Positions 11,457 to 23,838 of a DNA stretch of 64,000 bases are shown here, piece by piece; position 1 is the stretch's first letter; every line of letters begins with the position of its first letter. The position numbers and the translations under genes were made by a program. Below the pieces are notes generated by a model. It was not told where the DNA came from. It did no database searches and saw only the letters and a program-made list of their open reading frames with translations. Source of the stretch: Podarcis pityusensis (lineage: Eukaryota); NCBI GenBank assembly GCA_964106645.2, contig OZ067039.1, one strand, 5' to 3'.

Positions 11457-14400
11457 ATAATAACCAAGAAGCAACACATAAACAAAACAAGTTTCCATGA
11501 TTCTATATGTGCATTCTGATGCTGAGCCCTGAGAGTCTTAGGAGTGCTTCAAATGCTAGAAAAATCTTGTCATCTACAAAAGGCTTCACTGTTCACAGTC
11601 TGTGCAGTACAAATATATCCTGCTCTTTTCATCACCTTGGTTTCCCCATCCAGAAAAATCTGCTGTCCTTCTATTACCCACTCTTTTCCTTTCAAAAGAT
11701 TGGTCGGAAACAATTCAGTTTGTAAATCCACTTTAAACTATGGGTCAAATGATGTTTGGAGGTTAGTACTAATTTGCCTAATTTTGATGGCAAACTGTGG
11801 TTAGAGGAAGCTCTAAAACAGAAAAGGGAATCATAACTCTTTTGGGGTGGGGTGGTGAAGGATTGGAATGTGATTTCTGAACCATGAACCTGGCCACTTC
11901 ATTATTGAGGAGTGCACATGTATAAATGTTCACAGAATTATACAAAATAAATATTTTCCGTAAGTTTTTCTGGTTTCCATAATATTTTACAACATCAATT
12001 TCTACTTTACAGTATGAAAACAGCTTTGCCTATGGGATGAATAGCTTCTGCATTAAGGTATGCATTAGAACAGGGCTGTACAACTTCTAATCATAGTTTG
12101 GAGTTCAGTCAAACTGAAGGCTACTTTTATATTTTTACTAATGCAAGAGTACTACATCATATGGTTAATAACTGAAACTCATTTTTCTTGAAAATTTTAA
12201 TGCTGCATTTTCTTTAACCCATTCTCTGTTAACCACTTTTCTTTCTATACTGGGAAACAGCATACTTTGTTCTTTCTTCAAATCCTGTATTTTTCTGCTT
12301 CTCTATCCATAGGTGTTTCTGCCATCACTCCCCTATTTTTTTCTATGCTTGCTATAGCACTCTTCTTCCCCCTGTACAGATTTCTTAGTATCCAAATTTC
12401 CATTTTTTCTCTACAACTTATGATTCCTCTCCCCCACTCCACAAGTCTACACTCTCATTACCATCTCTCCCCCCTCATTCCCCCCTCTGCCTTGTGGAGT
12501 TTGATCCCTCAACCAAAGTAATGCTCAGCAGTGAAATAATCTCAGAAGCAAATTAGATGTTTCTGGGTTGTTGTTGTTGTTGTGTGTGTGTTTTTTAAAC
12601 AGTTTAAGAGCGGGTCCAGTGTGTTTATCTGTCATGAATCCAATTAGGATGCTGGTACTGGGGGAAAGCAAGGAGCTAACACGTAATGAAAATTGCCCCT
12701 CACTCATCCACTGAAGCTGCTATTTGCAGCCATATAGTACCTGTATGTCTTCATGATGATAGAAACAGAATCTTGGAAATGAGTTATAATTGTGAAAATG
12801 GTGGAAGGAAAAGGAAACCCCCTTTCCTTTCTGCCAGGAAATGATAGAAACCCCACACCAGCACCTCAGTAGCTCAGTTATTTCCACTGCACACTCCACA
12901 GTTGCCATTAAACTGTTAAAAAGGAGCTGGAGAGCTAATCATAGATCATGTCTAGCTGCACTCACAGAATGCAAAAGGGTCATTCAGTGCAGCTGGGTGG
13001 GTGAATAAGCTGCAAAAATCTGACACCAGTTCCATCTTGGAATATAGGGAGAAAAGGGCCAAGGCAAATGTAGTGGTGCATGCATCCTTTCACCCCCCCC
13101 CCCATCTTTGATGGGTTTTCAAGGCTCCCACAAATATGAGGCAAAGGACCACAAATAATGGCTATTTTGAATTCCCTTAAATTCCAAAGGGATGCCACCA
13201 GGCAGGAAAGGGAGATACACTAAGTTCACTGGCCTTATGATTTGCAGCCTGGGTTGAGAAGAACGGTATTACAGTACATGTAGGAAACAAAAGGCAGAGA
13301 GCTTTGTACATACATGCAAATGTCTACTACTGACTGTAATCTCTTATTCTTATGTGTCTAACTTCTATGTAAAATGTACATAGATGGCGTAACGGAGACA
13401 AACAATTATTTTTTCCAGCCGACAAATCCAAGAACATAGCTGAAAAATACACGCAAACATACAGAACTTCTAAGGACAAAACTGATTCATTGTCAACCTT
13501 GAAGATAGGGAGTGAAGCAGCTCAATCTATAACTGGGAGGCCTGTTAAATGTAAATTACCAACACAACTATACTCCAGTTAGTATTGTTGCTACTGGACT
13601 TCCACTGGGCAGTGCAAGTCACTTCAATATAAGCTAGGCATCTTCAGATGCAGCGCTTGTTTCTGCTACTTTAGAATGCAGTTAGTACAGTCAATAGCCT
13701 GGTGTTTGAGGAAGCTCAGATAAAGATGTGACAAAGAACGTTCACTATATAGGGCCTTTATTTTCATTTTTATATATATTGCCTGCTTCTAGGTTTAGTG
13801 ATGGGTCAGCCCATTTTCTCATCACAAATGACACCCCATATGAGATTTATGATATTCACTTTCTTGTTAACAGGACAGCTGCTTGTAACTGGATTATGAC
13901 TTCACAGCTGTAATGTACAGGAAAAAGGAAATCTTTACTGAAGCTCAGGGGTGACATAGCAACTTCTGATGAACATGGAAGACTTGTCCACTAAACTAAA
14001 ACTTGTACAGGCTTAAAATTTCAAAGATGATGATGAAGTCTTCAAATGATACCCTTACAGGTCAAAGTCTAAATAAATCAAAACTCAAGGCAGATGTTCA
14101 AGCAGAAACAGCTATTATGAAATACAGTAGATATTCAGGCACAGTTTTGAGTTGCATGAGTGTAAGGACCAAAAGTAGACATGACATTTAGTGATGTGCA
14201 TCTTTCTCTATTTGCCTTAAAAATAAGATAAAATTCAGCACTAGGAGGTTATGAATTGAAAGCAGAGAGGAAGGGGCGGCTTAGTCATTCCCCCTATCTG
14301 GCTCAGCCTTTCCCACAAGTTGAAAGAACAGCTGGAAGGGAGTGGTTTTTTTGGTGGGAAAGCAGCCAGTAGAGGAGGTTTACATAGGGCTGTTCCCTGC

Positions 14401-14606
14401 TATACTGCTGGTTAAATGTGTAGCCACCCAAGGCTGTTTATAGCTTAAAAACTAAATGCTTAGGGAACAAATACAATTGCAAATTATGTCAATTCTGGTC
14501 ATGAGTACAGATGGCTTTCAGACTTGGGTATACTATAAAAACACAGAAGTTGAAGAGAAAGGAAGGGAAACAATAAAGGCAACATGACACATGGATATTA
14601 CTCTAC

Positions 14607-14750
14607 CTCCACTCTTGAGTAGATAGCGATTAACATCTTGTATGGTGGTGTTAATAGTTGGCCCTGTTGGAACACTTCCAGGTGTAACATCAGGATCATT
14701 CTCAGGGTCAATGTTCTGCAATCCTTTCCATGGTACCCCAGGATGAAATT
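14607..14750 (-). CDS. TNRC6C: TNRC6C exon ([20 protein letters not shown]...YLLKSG), second half of the PABPC1-binding PAM2 motif
   Basis: aaacag|AA ... GGAG|gtagag; 144 nt, phase 1-1. Confidence 0.96.
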
Positions 14751-15198
14751 CTGTTTGGGGGGAAATAAGATGACATCACATTTCTTACCAAGATCCACAT
14801 GCATGGGAAAAGGTACCGTTGTGCAGAAGATGAAACCAGGTACACAACTCTCTGGTGATGGAGTGGGCATTTTGATAAAAAGTTTAAGAAAAACATTTTA
14901 TAAGGCAGGTTTGGATGGATGGATTTGTTGTCCAAATTCAGTGCTAGTATCAGGCAGGTAGGAAGTTTTATCCCAGTTCACACCAGGATAAAACATTTTA
15001 TGTGCCTGCATGCCTCACCCAACAACAGTGTGGCAAAATGTTCCTCGTACTTTCATCTTACGGAAGACTGCAGCTGGAATGAGCTGCACTAGTATGTTAA
15101 CATTTGGATACTGAAAGCATTGCCTCAGTAAAGGGGTTTGTATCACATTTCAGATACCTTCAAGCTCTAAAAGCTAGAATATATATTTTTTTTGTTAC

Positions 15199-15390
15199 CT
15201 GGTGGCCAGTTGATACTGGAGCCATTGGAGATTTTATCACTATCAGATTTGGCACGTGACCAGCTGTGAGGAACGGCTACAGGAGGACTAGCTGGTGACT
15301 CGTTGTTTTGAATCAGATCATACCGGCCATAAGAGTCATCAATGGAGGACTTTCCTGGAGGACCAATACTCAGACCTCCAGGGATAGCAC
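15199..15390 (-). CDS. TNRC6C: TNRC6C exon (AIPGGLSIG...SSINWPP), first half of PAM2
   Basis: ttctag|GT ... CCAG|gtaac; 192 nt, phase 1-1. Confidence 0.95.
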
Positions 15391-16582
15391 CTAGAACAAA
15401 GAAGGTGGGAAGACAGCACAAGATTATTAAGAGCATGGTTAACATTTGGCTCCTTCTCTTATTGGTAGTCACTATAATTTTTCTTTCTTTGTTTCAACAG
15501 AAATTAGCAAAGCAAAGTATCATTCATACAACACATCTGTAACACTGGCCAGTTAAGTGAAAGATAGCAGGTTAAACTGGGGCTGAAAGGTAGCTAACAC
15601 AGTTCAAAAGTTATCTATCAAAGATTCGTGAGATTAAAGCTGCTACTGGGTGTAAATCTCACTGAACACACAGTGGGACCTGTTTCAGAACAAACCTGCA
15701 TGGGACTGATTTGCTACTGATAAAACTGTCAAGCAAAGTTAAAACAAAAGGACTCTAATAAAAAATGTAAGATACACAACATGGCATTTTGCCTAGTGTC
15801 AGCAAAAGCACTTTGCTATATGGATCAGTAGATTAAGATCCTTAAAAATCTTATCAATATACTCAAAAATGTAAATGTTTTTAAAGAGCACAGTATTAGC
15901 TGTGAGTTTAGAAAATGGGAGTTTGAAACAAGAGCAGGGAGCTAAAAAAGGTTTCTCTCATTATTGGGCTAAAATGTATAATGACACTAAGGGCAATACT
16001 GAATTTTCACTTTTGCTCTGCATACATTTGTTGTAGTCTGCATTCAATTTACATTAATGTGATGAATTCCAAACAAAGTTGATAGGTATTTTGCACTCTC
16101 TTTGGGGTATGTTTTTTTGGAAACTGCTCACCTAAGTGAACCTCCGCCCCTGCCAACTTCTCTTAACAGCTCATAAAATTTAAGATTTAAGGATTCATGA
16201 GAAAAATATAACACATGTGTAATTTAATTTTCTAACTGTGCATTCTATGCTTACCTGTTTGGAGATTAAATCTGATTGAGTTCAGTGGGGCATACTTCCC
16301 AGTAAATGGATATAAGACTAGCCTAAGCCACTCAAAAGTCGAGATGCTTGATGTTCTGGACTTTTCAAACTGATTTTCCCTTCTTGTTTTTTAGGCCATT
16401 AACATTTATTATGACCAATAATATGAGCAATGAAATCAGTATGAGCAGTAATATGTGTGTGGGGGTGTGGTGGGAATTACAAGAATAAGATATTTGCACA
16501 TACAAATGTTCCATTGAGAAATTTATATTCTGTTAAGTACTTTGCAATGCCCATTGCTAACCTGGGGTCGGGGGAGAGAATA

Positions 16583-16808
16583 CAGTGGTACCTCGGGTTA
16601 CATACGCTTCAGGTTACAGACTCCGCTAACCCAGAAATAGTACCTCGGGTTAAGAACTTTGCTTCAGGATGAGAACAGAAATCGTGCTCCGGCAGTGCGG
16701 CGGAAGCAGGAGGCTCCATTAGCTAAAGTGGTGCTTCAGGTTAAGAACAGTTTCAGGTTAAGAACGGACCTCCGGAACGAATTAAGTACTTAACCCGAGG
16801 TACCACTG
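16583..16808. mobile_element. Non-autonomous Tc1/mariner (pogo/Tigger-like) MITE
   Basis: TIR CAGTGGTACCTCGGGTTA / TAACCCGAGGTACCACTG, TA target duplication. Confidence 0.9.
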
Positions 16809-16868
16809 TATCGGAAAAACATGGAATCCTGCAGTTGGACTTGATGTATTTAGAATGATGACACATAC

Positions 16869-17036
16869 CGTGCTTGCTAGGATTCTGGTCAAGTGGAGAA
16901 GCAGCACTGGAGAGATTATCCATTGAGTTGGGATGTGTCCACTGAGGAAGGCGAGATTGGGACTGAGAAGTGTCCTTCACTGACAAACCACCAGGAATGT
17001 CCATGCTGTTTACATTCATGTTTGGGTTCAGTCCAG
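16869..17036 (-). CDS. TNRC6C: TNRC6C exon with QSRLPQW (CIM-1 / CCR4-NOT-interacting region)
   Basis: ctcttag|CT ... CACG|gtatgt; 168 nt, phase 1-1. Confidence 0.95.
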
Positions 17037-17674
17037 CTAAGAGGAAGTAGGCAGGCTATTAAGAAACCCTTAATCCCCGATTCTTGGCATTTAATCACAC
17101 TTTACTTTAAGCTGAAGTCACAAGCTAATCTTTTTACGTCTACAAGTAATGCAAACATGGGTTAAAGCAGCAAGGGCCCAAGAAGTAAACTGGGAGGGAC
17201 AGTCTATTACAATCACCAAGTATCTTACAACCACCTAAACTGGTACCTACCACTACATTTTCTGTAAGTTAATTTAAGACTTAAGTTCTGTCAGTCCTAA
17301 ACCTTCTACCATTCAGACTCATTCAGGGATCCTGGATTCTAATATTATACAAGATAAAAAGAGTATAAGTGCTGCCTGAGTTTTGTTATACTGATTTTAT
17401 TCTCTGCTTCTGAAGTTTTTAACACTGTGCCATTTTTTGATGTTGTTATGGTTCAGTTTTAATGGTATTATTATTATTAGCTGCCAGAGAACTTTGTTTT
17501 TGGGTAGCATATTAATAAAGATAATAAGTAATTTGGACACAGTTGCCAAATTAGTTAAGAAGCAGGGGTATGCAGGAGAAAAGATTCCAGACTGAAGCAA
17601 GTTAAATCACTGTATGTATACATAATTATGTAATTTACATTCTTCTGAACAGGTCCTTAAATAACTGCACATAC

Positions 17675-17906
17675 CAAGGGGGTAAGGAGCAAAGGTGTTC
17701 GGTGAAGACTGTTGCTCTTTGGTCTGCAGGTCAGATAGGCCAGGAGCCTGGGGATGGGGTGAAAAGTTATCCATGGCTGATTTGCCTGCAGGGGGGTGCA
17801 AAGATAGATGTGGAGGGGGTGGCTGCTGCTTCATAAGCAGGGCCTGGGCCAGCTGGCGCTGGTGCTGCTGGATCTGCTGCTGCATGTTATTGATTGTACG
17901 TGCAAC
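17675..17906 (-). CDS. TNRC6C: TNRC6C Q-rich exon (VARTINNMQQQ...FAPYPL)
   Basis: ctgccag|GTT ... TTGG|gtatgt; 232 nt, phase 0-1. Confidence 0.95.
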
Positions 17907-18192
17907 CTGGCAGCAAGGAAAAAATAAAACAAAGTAAGCAAATGCTAGATAGAACAAAGGTTTGTGGCAATTTATCTAGAACCACTCAGCAGACAATGAA
18001 TTCACTAGATTAAGAATTAGATGCATCCCAGACATGGTAAGAGAAACTGAAGTCTGTCAGCCCCGTTTGTGATTTATGTCTGCATAAAAGCATGCAGCAC
18101 ATAGATTTCCTTCACAAATAAGCTTTTTCTTGTAACATACTAGATTCTTTAGACGCTTTACATTTGGAACTGGGTCAACAAGTTGCACCTAC

Positions 18193-18276
18193 TTGCTGCT
18201 CCTGTTGTCTGATGGGTCCGGAAACATTACGCTGAGCCTGTAACATCTGCTGCTGGATTTGTAAACGTTGGTACGC
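18193..18276 (-). CDS. TNRC6C: TNRC6C Q-rich exon (AYQRLQIQQQMLQAQRNVSGPIRQQEQQ)
   Basis: ttgcag|GCG ... CAA|gtaggt; 84 nt. Confidence 0.95.
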
Positions 18277-19211
18277 CTGCAAGTTGAGGGAAAAAAGAAG
18301 TCTAAGGTCACAGTGTGAAGAAGCCCAATGGTCTCACTGCAACTGCATTAAATAACATATGAAACAAATGCATGCTCCCAAAGACCTCCTTGCAGGAAGT
18401 AACAGACCCAGAGACAGAAGTCAGCTCAGACCAAGAGTGCAAACAATACATGGCCAATTAAAGCTATTTAAAACGTGATGAGGAAAAGGCATCATCAACT
18501 GAATGATTGTTCAAGAAAATGTAAACACGGAGATGCAAACAGAGTGTTGGTAGCATGTGAGAGAACTAATCACAAAGGCCCAGGGTAGACAAAACATTTA
18601 ATCAGGGTTCGTGCTAATTCTGCTCTCTTAATCCTGGTTTAGAACTCAAGTTAACAGGAACACTGTGGTGCAGAGGTTGCCCACAAGGTGCTTGTTAAAG
18701 GTCTTAATAAATATCCCCTTTAAAAACCCCTCAGACTTTTTGCCTTTCTTGTTCAATTCTGTCTGCATGACTCCACCTCGCCTACACTGAGCATGCCCCC
18801 TTAAACATGCCCACATCTCACTGGGTGCCAAGTTGCTCTCTGTGAGCAAGTGTAGCGGTGGCTGATGTATGTACTTTCCCCCCTTTGATGGGGTGGCTAC
18901 TGGGACAGGGGCATGCCACACCATTCTGTGTTGCTGTCTCTTTTTCCTCTGTAGCAAGGTATGTCATGCCCCCACTCCCGCAGTTATTTGGTATTATGCT
19001 ACATCTCCACAGCAGCCATTTTGTGTTAGGGCCTGTCCTCCTGGCAGCCATTTTGTGACTGACATCCCTAGCACTTTCTCAAAATTCCAAGTGTGTCTAC
19101 TTGCCCAAAAAGATTAGAGAACCTTTAGCTTGTGAAACTATGCCCTGGAGCACACATACATTGAGATGATACCAGTGGAATTCATCTGTTGCCTACCTGA
19201 AACCCTCTATA

Positions 19212-19439
19212 CAGTCATCCCTCATGTTATGTCTGCTTCATGTTACGTTCTTTCAGGTTACGTCCCGCGGCAACCCGGAAGTACCAGAAAGGGTTATTTC
19301 CGGGTTTCACCGCTCGTGCATGCGCAGAAGTGGCGAATTGCAACCTGCGCGTGCGCAGACGTACCGCTGTGGGTTGCACACTTTTCATGTTGCAAACGGG
19401 CCTCCGGAACGGATCCTGTTCACAATCAGAGGTTCACTG
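19212..19439. mobile_element. Diverged Tc1/mariner MITE, related family
   Basis: TA-CAGT...CACTG-TA ends, internal gcctccggaacgga motif, CpG-rich. Confidence 0.7.
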
Positions 19440-20161
19440 TACCATGTTCACTGTACCATGGTTCAAACCATACATTCACACCTGGTCTCTGGCTAGCGCT
19501 TAAGCTTATTTAAGGTATTTATACCACTGTTGTTATGTCTGTACATACTCCTGTATGCTCACAAAACTGAATTAAAAAGAAGTTCTATATTTATAACATG
19601 GGGCAGTTTTCTCAAAACCTAAGATTAGTTGTTGCCATTGGGTACATTGAATTCTACACTGGTATCTTAATATCTGGAAGACTGGGTCCTAGAAAGATTT
19701 GGTTTGCAATAACTTTGAAAGGTTTGCAATAAAATACATGCATATTAAGGGCATGACTGATTGCACAAATGAATGGAAATAATGCTCCATTGCATCTACT
19801 GGTGAAGAAGTATTGCAGAATATCAATTTTATTAGATTAGCATACAATACAAAAACAACAGCACAGGAATCTATCAGAAATATTGTAGAATTCTGAGTAA
19901 TACTAGTGGTACCAGAGGTTGTTTTTGAGGTTACAGTCCTATACATGTGTTTCAAAAGTTAAGTTTAGAACAATCCAATGGTAATGAGCAAAGAATTTAG
20001 TCTTTATCATACTGGAAGAATCAAGCAACTTTTAAGATTCAAGTAGGTATATAAATTCATTTTCAGAACCAAGTCTAATCATCATTTCTGAAGTGAACAT
20101 GCCCATTCATGTGGCTTTAAATGCAAGATTTTCTTTCTGGATTTATAGCTTTCTCACTGTG

Positions 20162-20309
20162 NNNNNNNNNNNNNNNNNNNNNNNNNNNNNNNNNNNNNNN
20201 NNNNNNNNNNNNNNNNNNNNNNNNNNNNNNNNNNNNNNNNNNNNNNNNNNNNNNNNNNNNNNNNNNNNNNNNNNNNNNNNNNNNNNNNNNNNNNNNNNNN
20301 NNNNNNNNN
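20162..20309 (-). other. TNRC6C: N-run (148 nt) inferred to hide a TNRC6C Q-rich exon (about 120 nt; VQAQLLQFAAKNIG...QLYQLQL in human)
   Basis: That segment is not found between the flanking phase-0 exons. The minus strand reads ttcacctcttac immediately before the Ns, i.e. an acceptor missing only its AG. Confidence 0.8.
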
Positions 20310-20614
20310 GTAAGAGGTGAATATTCATTACTACAGCTGTGTTAGTTACAGGTCTGAACTCCTTGCAGAGTTGAAACAAGACAATTCCAAAGAAAGTGGT
20401 TTTTAGGTTACTTGCTGTGATTTTTGTTTAATAGAAAGCTATGTGTAGAAGTTGAAAGCAAACACAACATATCACAGCAAAATAAACCTTCATTCCAGAA
20501 CTGTTCATTCTTTCTAAATCTGACATGTAAAATATAAATACTTGAGAGTTGTATCCAACCAACTCATTGTATGTGTCTAACAACTTCTGCAAGTGCCACA
20601 CAAATTCCTCTCCG

Positions 20615-20725
20615 TCTTCTCCCCCCAAAACTGCTCCAGAGGGTTGAGGGAACCCCCAAGGCAGATTTGGGGTGTATGCAGGGGCAGGAAAGGGAGAGGA
20701 AGTTCCACCCTGTTCACAAAAGTCA
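20615..20725. repeat. Unclassified interspersed repeat (related copies at about 5100-5220 and 52405-52500)
   Basis: Shared motif agagggttg.gggaacccccag..cagatttgggg. Confidence 0.5.
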
Positions 20726-21211
20726 TTCCACACATGCAATGATTTAGTAGGGTACAACCTGAGTCACTAATAACTTTCCCACAACATGCTATTTTTTGTA
20801 ATTCAAATAAACTGGCATGGCAACTTAAAAACTCTGTGGCATTTCTCTACACATGGTGCCTTTCATAGAAGTGTATTGTGTAAGTGTGGTTGTGTCAATA
20901 TTTTATGTTGCATTATTCCAATTGGCACTATCAGCCATCTCTAGGTGCAGATAACTTTAAGAATATATTATGTTTTCTTCCATTTAAGTGTTCCACTCAA
21001 TATGCATTAGTTATGGCACAGAAATGGCCATCGCCAGGGATACAACCATTTTTGCAAAACTGAGGAGCCGGTGAGGAGGAGAAACCTGCCTCCTGACCTC
21101 ACCGACAACCCAAGTGCTAACCGCTAGGCCCTTGTTTTCCAACTGCCAGTGGTTAATGACACCTGGGTTTGCATCCCTGGCTATCACTAATGCTACAGAG
21201 CTCAATCTAAC

Positions 21212-21358
21212 CTGAGGGGAGAGAAACTGAGGCACTTGAGCACGAAGACTAGGCTGGGATGAGTTAAGAGGTTGCACTGGCGGTTGCTGCGGCTGTTGCA
21301 TGGTCCTGGCTTGTGCTGCTCCGCTATTGCCAAACATACCCAGATTGCCACTCGGTAT
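21212..21358 (-). CDS. TNRC6C: TNRC6C exon ([10 protein letters not shown]...QVPQFLSPQ)
   Basis: cccacag|ATA ... CAG|gttaga; 147 nt, phase 0-0. Confidence 0.95.
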
Positions 21359-21484
21359 CTGTGGGATGACAAGGTTAGAAGATTTAAGTTTCACAATTTT
21401 ATAGCTTGTGACAGTCACTGTAGACTAGCTCAAGACATTAGCAAACAAAGGAGCTCTCATGCAGATTAGCAGCAGGGTTTAAAG

Positions 21485-21620
21485 CAATGATGGCCAAACT
21501 TCGCCCTCCAGCTGTTTTGGGACTACAATTCCCATCATCCCTGACCACTGGTCCTGTTAGCTAGGGGTGATGGGAGTTGTAGTCCCAAAACAGCTGGAGG
21601 GCCAAGTATGGCCATCACTG
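21485..21620. mobile_element. Palindromic hAT MITE
   Basis: Near-complete inverted repeat, CA...TG ends, perfect 8-bp TSD GTTTAAAG. Confidence 0.9.
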
Positions 21621-22554
21621 GTTTAAAGTATAGCAAACTGAAACATCAGTAGGCATGTACCATCGGTAGGAGTTTGGTACAAATACATCAGTTGACTTAA
21701 ATTACTCATGCAGCCAACCATGTTCACTTTGTGGAAGCAGCTTCCTTTGGAAAGATGATGGTGCGTACAAAACTGCACCTAATTCAGTCAAACCTTGGCA
21801 AATGCCCCTAGAAGAAGGCTAGTAATAATGCCACTGAAAGTGCTGCAACAGCATGGGGATCTGCTATAGAAATTGCTTATCAAATGCAATGCAAGCAACT
21901 GGATGCAGATACAAATAGCCACCCTTAAAGGTAGTTGCATGTCTAAAGCTTTCAAATTTCGCTTTCAAAATGAGTCAATCATGATCTACATGTATGTGAA
22001 TTAACTTTATCTAGGAAATGACTTTTTCCCCCTGGACATATAGTGTAAAGCTTTCCCCTCTAGTTTCAGTAAAAAAAAATTAAAAATACGTTGCACATGT
22101 GGAATGTATGTCATAAAAATATAGATTTGGGTACTGGAATGCTTTGGGCATCCTGCTTGACCATTGTTTGCTCTTCCTAATGGTCATGCCTGAGCAGAAG
22201 GGAGGCAGCTTCTTCATATTATGCTAAACTATAGTTAAGTGTGATGTCCAAATGTGGCCAAAGTAAAAATGAATTACTATTATTCTAATAAGTTTGGGTC
22301 AACATTCCAGCTTATCCTTTTATCACCTTCGCTTTAAAAACAGAAACAAAAACCACTTGTACCATGTAGTTTCCTGATTATCAACTATGACACATAGTTC
22401 CAATGTTTGGGGCTTTTTAGCTAATGCAAAAGGCAACTGGGGCATGTGAAACAAATTACGTATGGTGTCGAGAAACTGGATAGTCTCACAGTATTAGAAC
22501 CTGGGATAATCCATTGAAGCTGAATGGTAGGAGATTCAAGACAGACAAACTTCT

Positions 22555-22765
22555 TTACACAGTGATTGATGCCACCCTGGATAGCTTAGAGGGTGAATAG
22601 ACAAATTCATGGAGCATAAGACTATCAATAGCTATACTGTACATTATCTCCAACCTCCAATATGCCTCTGAATACCAGTTACAGGGGAATACAAGTAGGA
22701 GAGTGCTAAGGAACTTCTGTTTTGCTTGTGGGCTTGGCCACTGTAGGAACAGGATGCTGGCATTT
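22555..22765 (+). mobile_element. CR1 3' fragment
   Basis: tagacaaattcatggag..taag.ctatcaat.gcta and aacaggatgctgg motifs. Confidence 0.55.
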
Positions 22766-22789
22766 AACAATGCCTAGCCAGCTCAAATA

Positions 22790-23031
22790 CAGTGGTACCT
22801 CTGGTTACGAGCGCTTCTGGTTATGGATGCTTCGGGTTACGAACTCTGCTAACCCAGAAGTAGCTGCTCCTGGTTGCGAACCTTGCTGCAGGATGTAAAG
22901 TGAAATTGTGTGCCAGAGGTGTGCACACAGCGGGAGGCCCCATTAGTGAAAGCGCGCCTCAGGATAAGAATGGTTTCAGCTTAAGAGCGGACCTCCGGAA
23001 TGAATTAAGTTCGTAACTAGAGGTACCACTG
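22790..23031. mobile_element. Tc1/mariner MITE, same family as 16583-16808
   Basis: TIR CAGTGGTACCTC / GAGGTACCACTG, TA TSD, shared internal motifs (ggacctccggaa...gaattaagt). Confidence 0.88.
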
Positions 23032-23688
23032 TATAAATAATTTGGTCCATAGGTTTTAGAGCACAGTGTTGACATTATAGTGTAAGCAATGGCAAAAGGG
23101 CAAATATTTGGTTTCTCTAGTCAAGTGCTCTATCATCTAGACTTGGAAGCAGCACCAAATGTGTGGATTGGACAGTTAAAAATGAATAGTGGTCCTGTTC
23201 CACCTAACAAGCACATACTGCAACCAAGAAAGCTTGAGGGTGGGGGAGAAGAGTGATATAAAGGCCCCAGTATAGGGAAACCTTTCAACGTGTATGAGCT
23301 GAGAAGGCGAAGAGGAAGTAAGCAAGAGCGGCAAGAGCTATGAGCGGCAAGAAGTATGGTCTGTGTGAGGATGGGAAGGAGTGCCAGTGTGCAGGGACGC
23401 TGCAGGATGCGCCAGAGGAGAAAAGGAACCAACAACAAAGACGGGAGGAACTGCAGGGAAGCAAGGGCAAGTTCTATAGCTAAGGACCTTTGGGAATCTT
23501 GGCGTGCAGTAACAACTGTCATTTGAAATACGCTTCGATGACAAGTTGATTTTTGACTTTTCTTTCCCTTCTTTACGTTTGAGAAAAAGGAGCCTTAAAA
23601 TGAAAAGCAAAGCCAAACAAATATCTTGCTGATTAGCAAGCGCAAGCGTGCCGACATTCAAATAACTGTCACTTGAAAGATACCTTAC

Positions 23689-23838
23689 CTGTCTAGAAGA
23701 ATTCAAGTTTTGCATGCCCAGCCCTGAGGCAATCCCACCCAGGGTCTGATTAGGGAGTGCACTGTTTGAAAGGGGGAGCTTCAGGCTTGGTGAAGGCAAA
23801 AATGGTGAAGTAGTGGGCTCTTCCACTAGGCCGCCATC
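23689..23838 (-). CDS. TNRC6C: TNRC6C exon (DGGLVEEP...NLNSSRQ)
   Basis: caatcag|GAT ... CAG|gtaagg; 150 nt; possible upstream acceptor at 23862. Confidence 0.95.

Noticed and set aside
23140-23515. LTR-like segment with TATAAA ending in GTAACA
   Set aside because: No 5' boundary or TSD could be defined.
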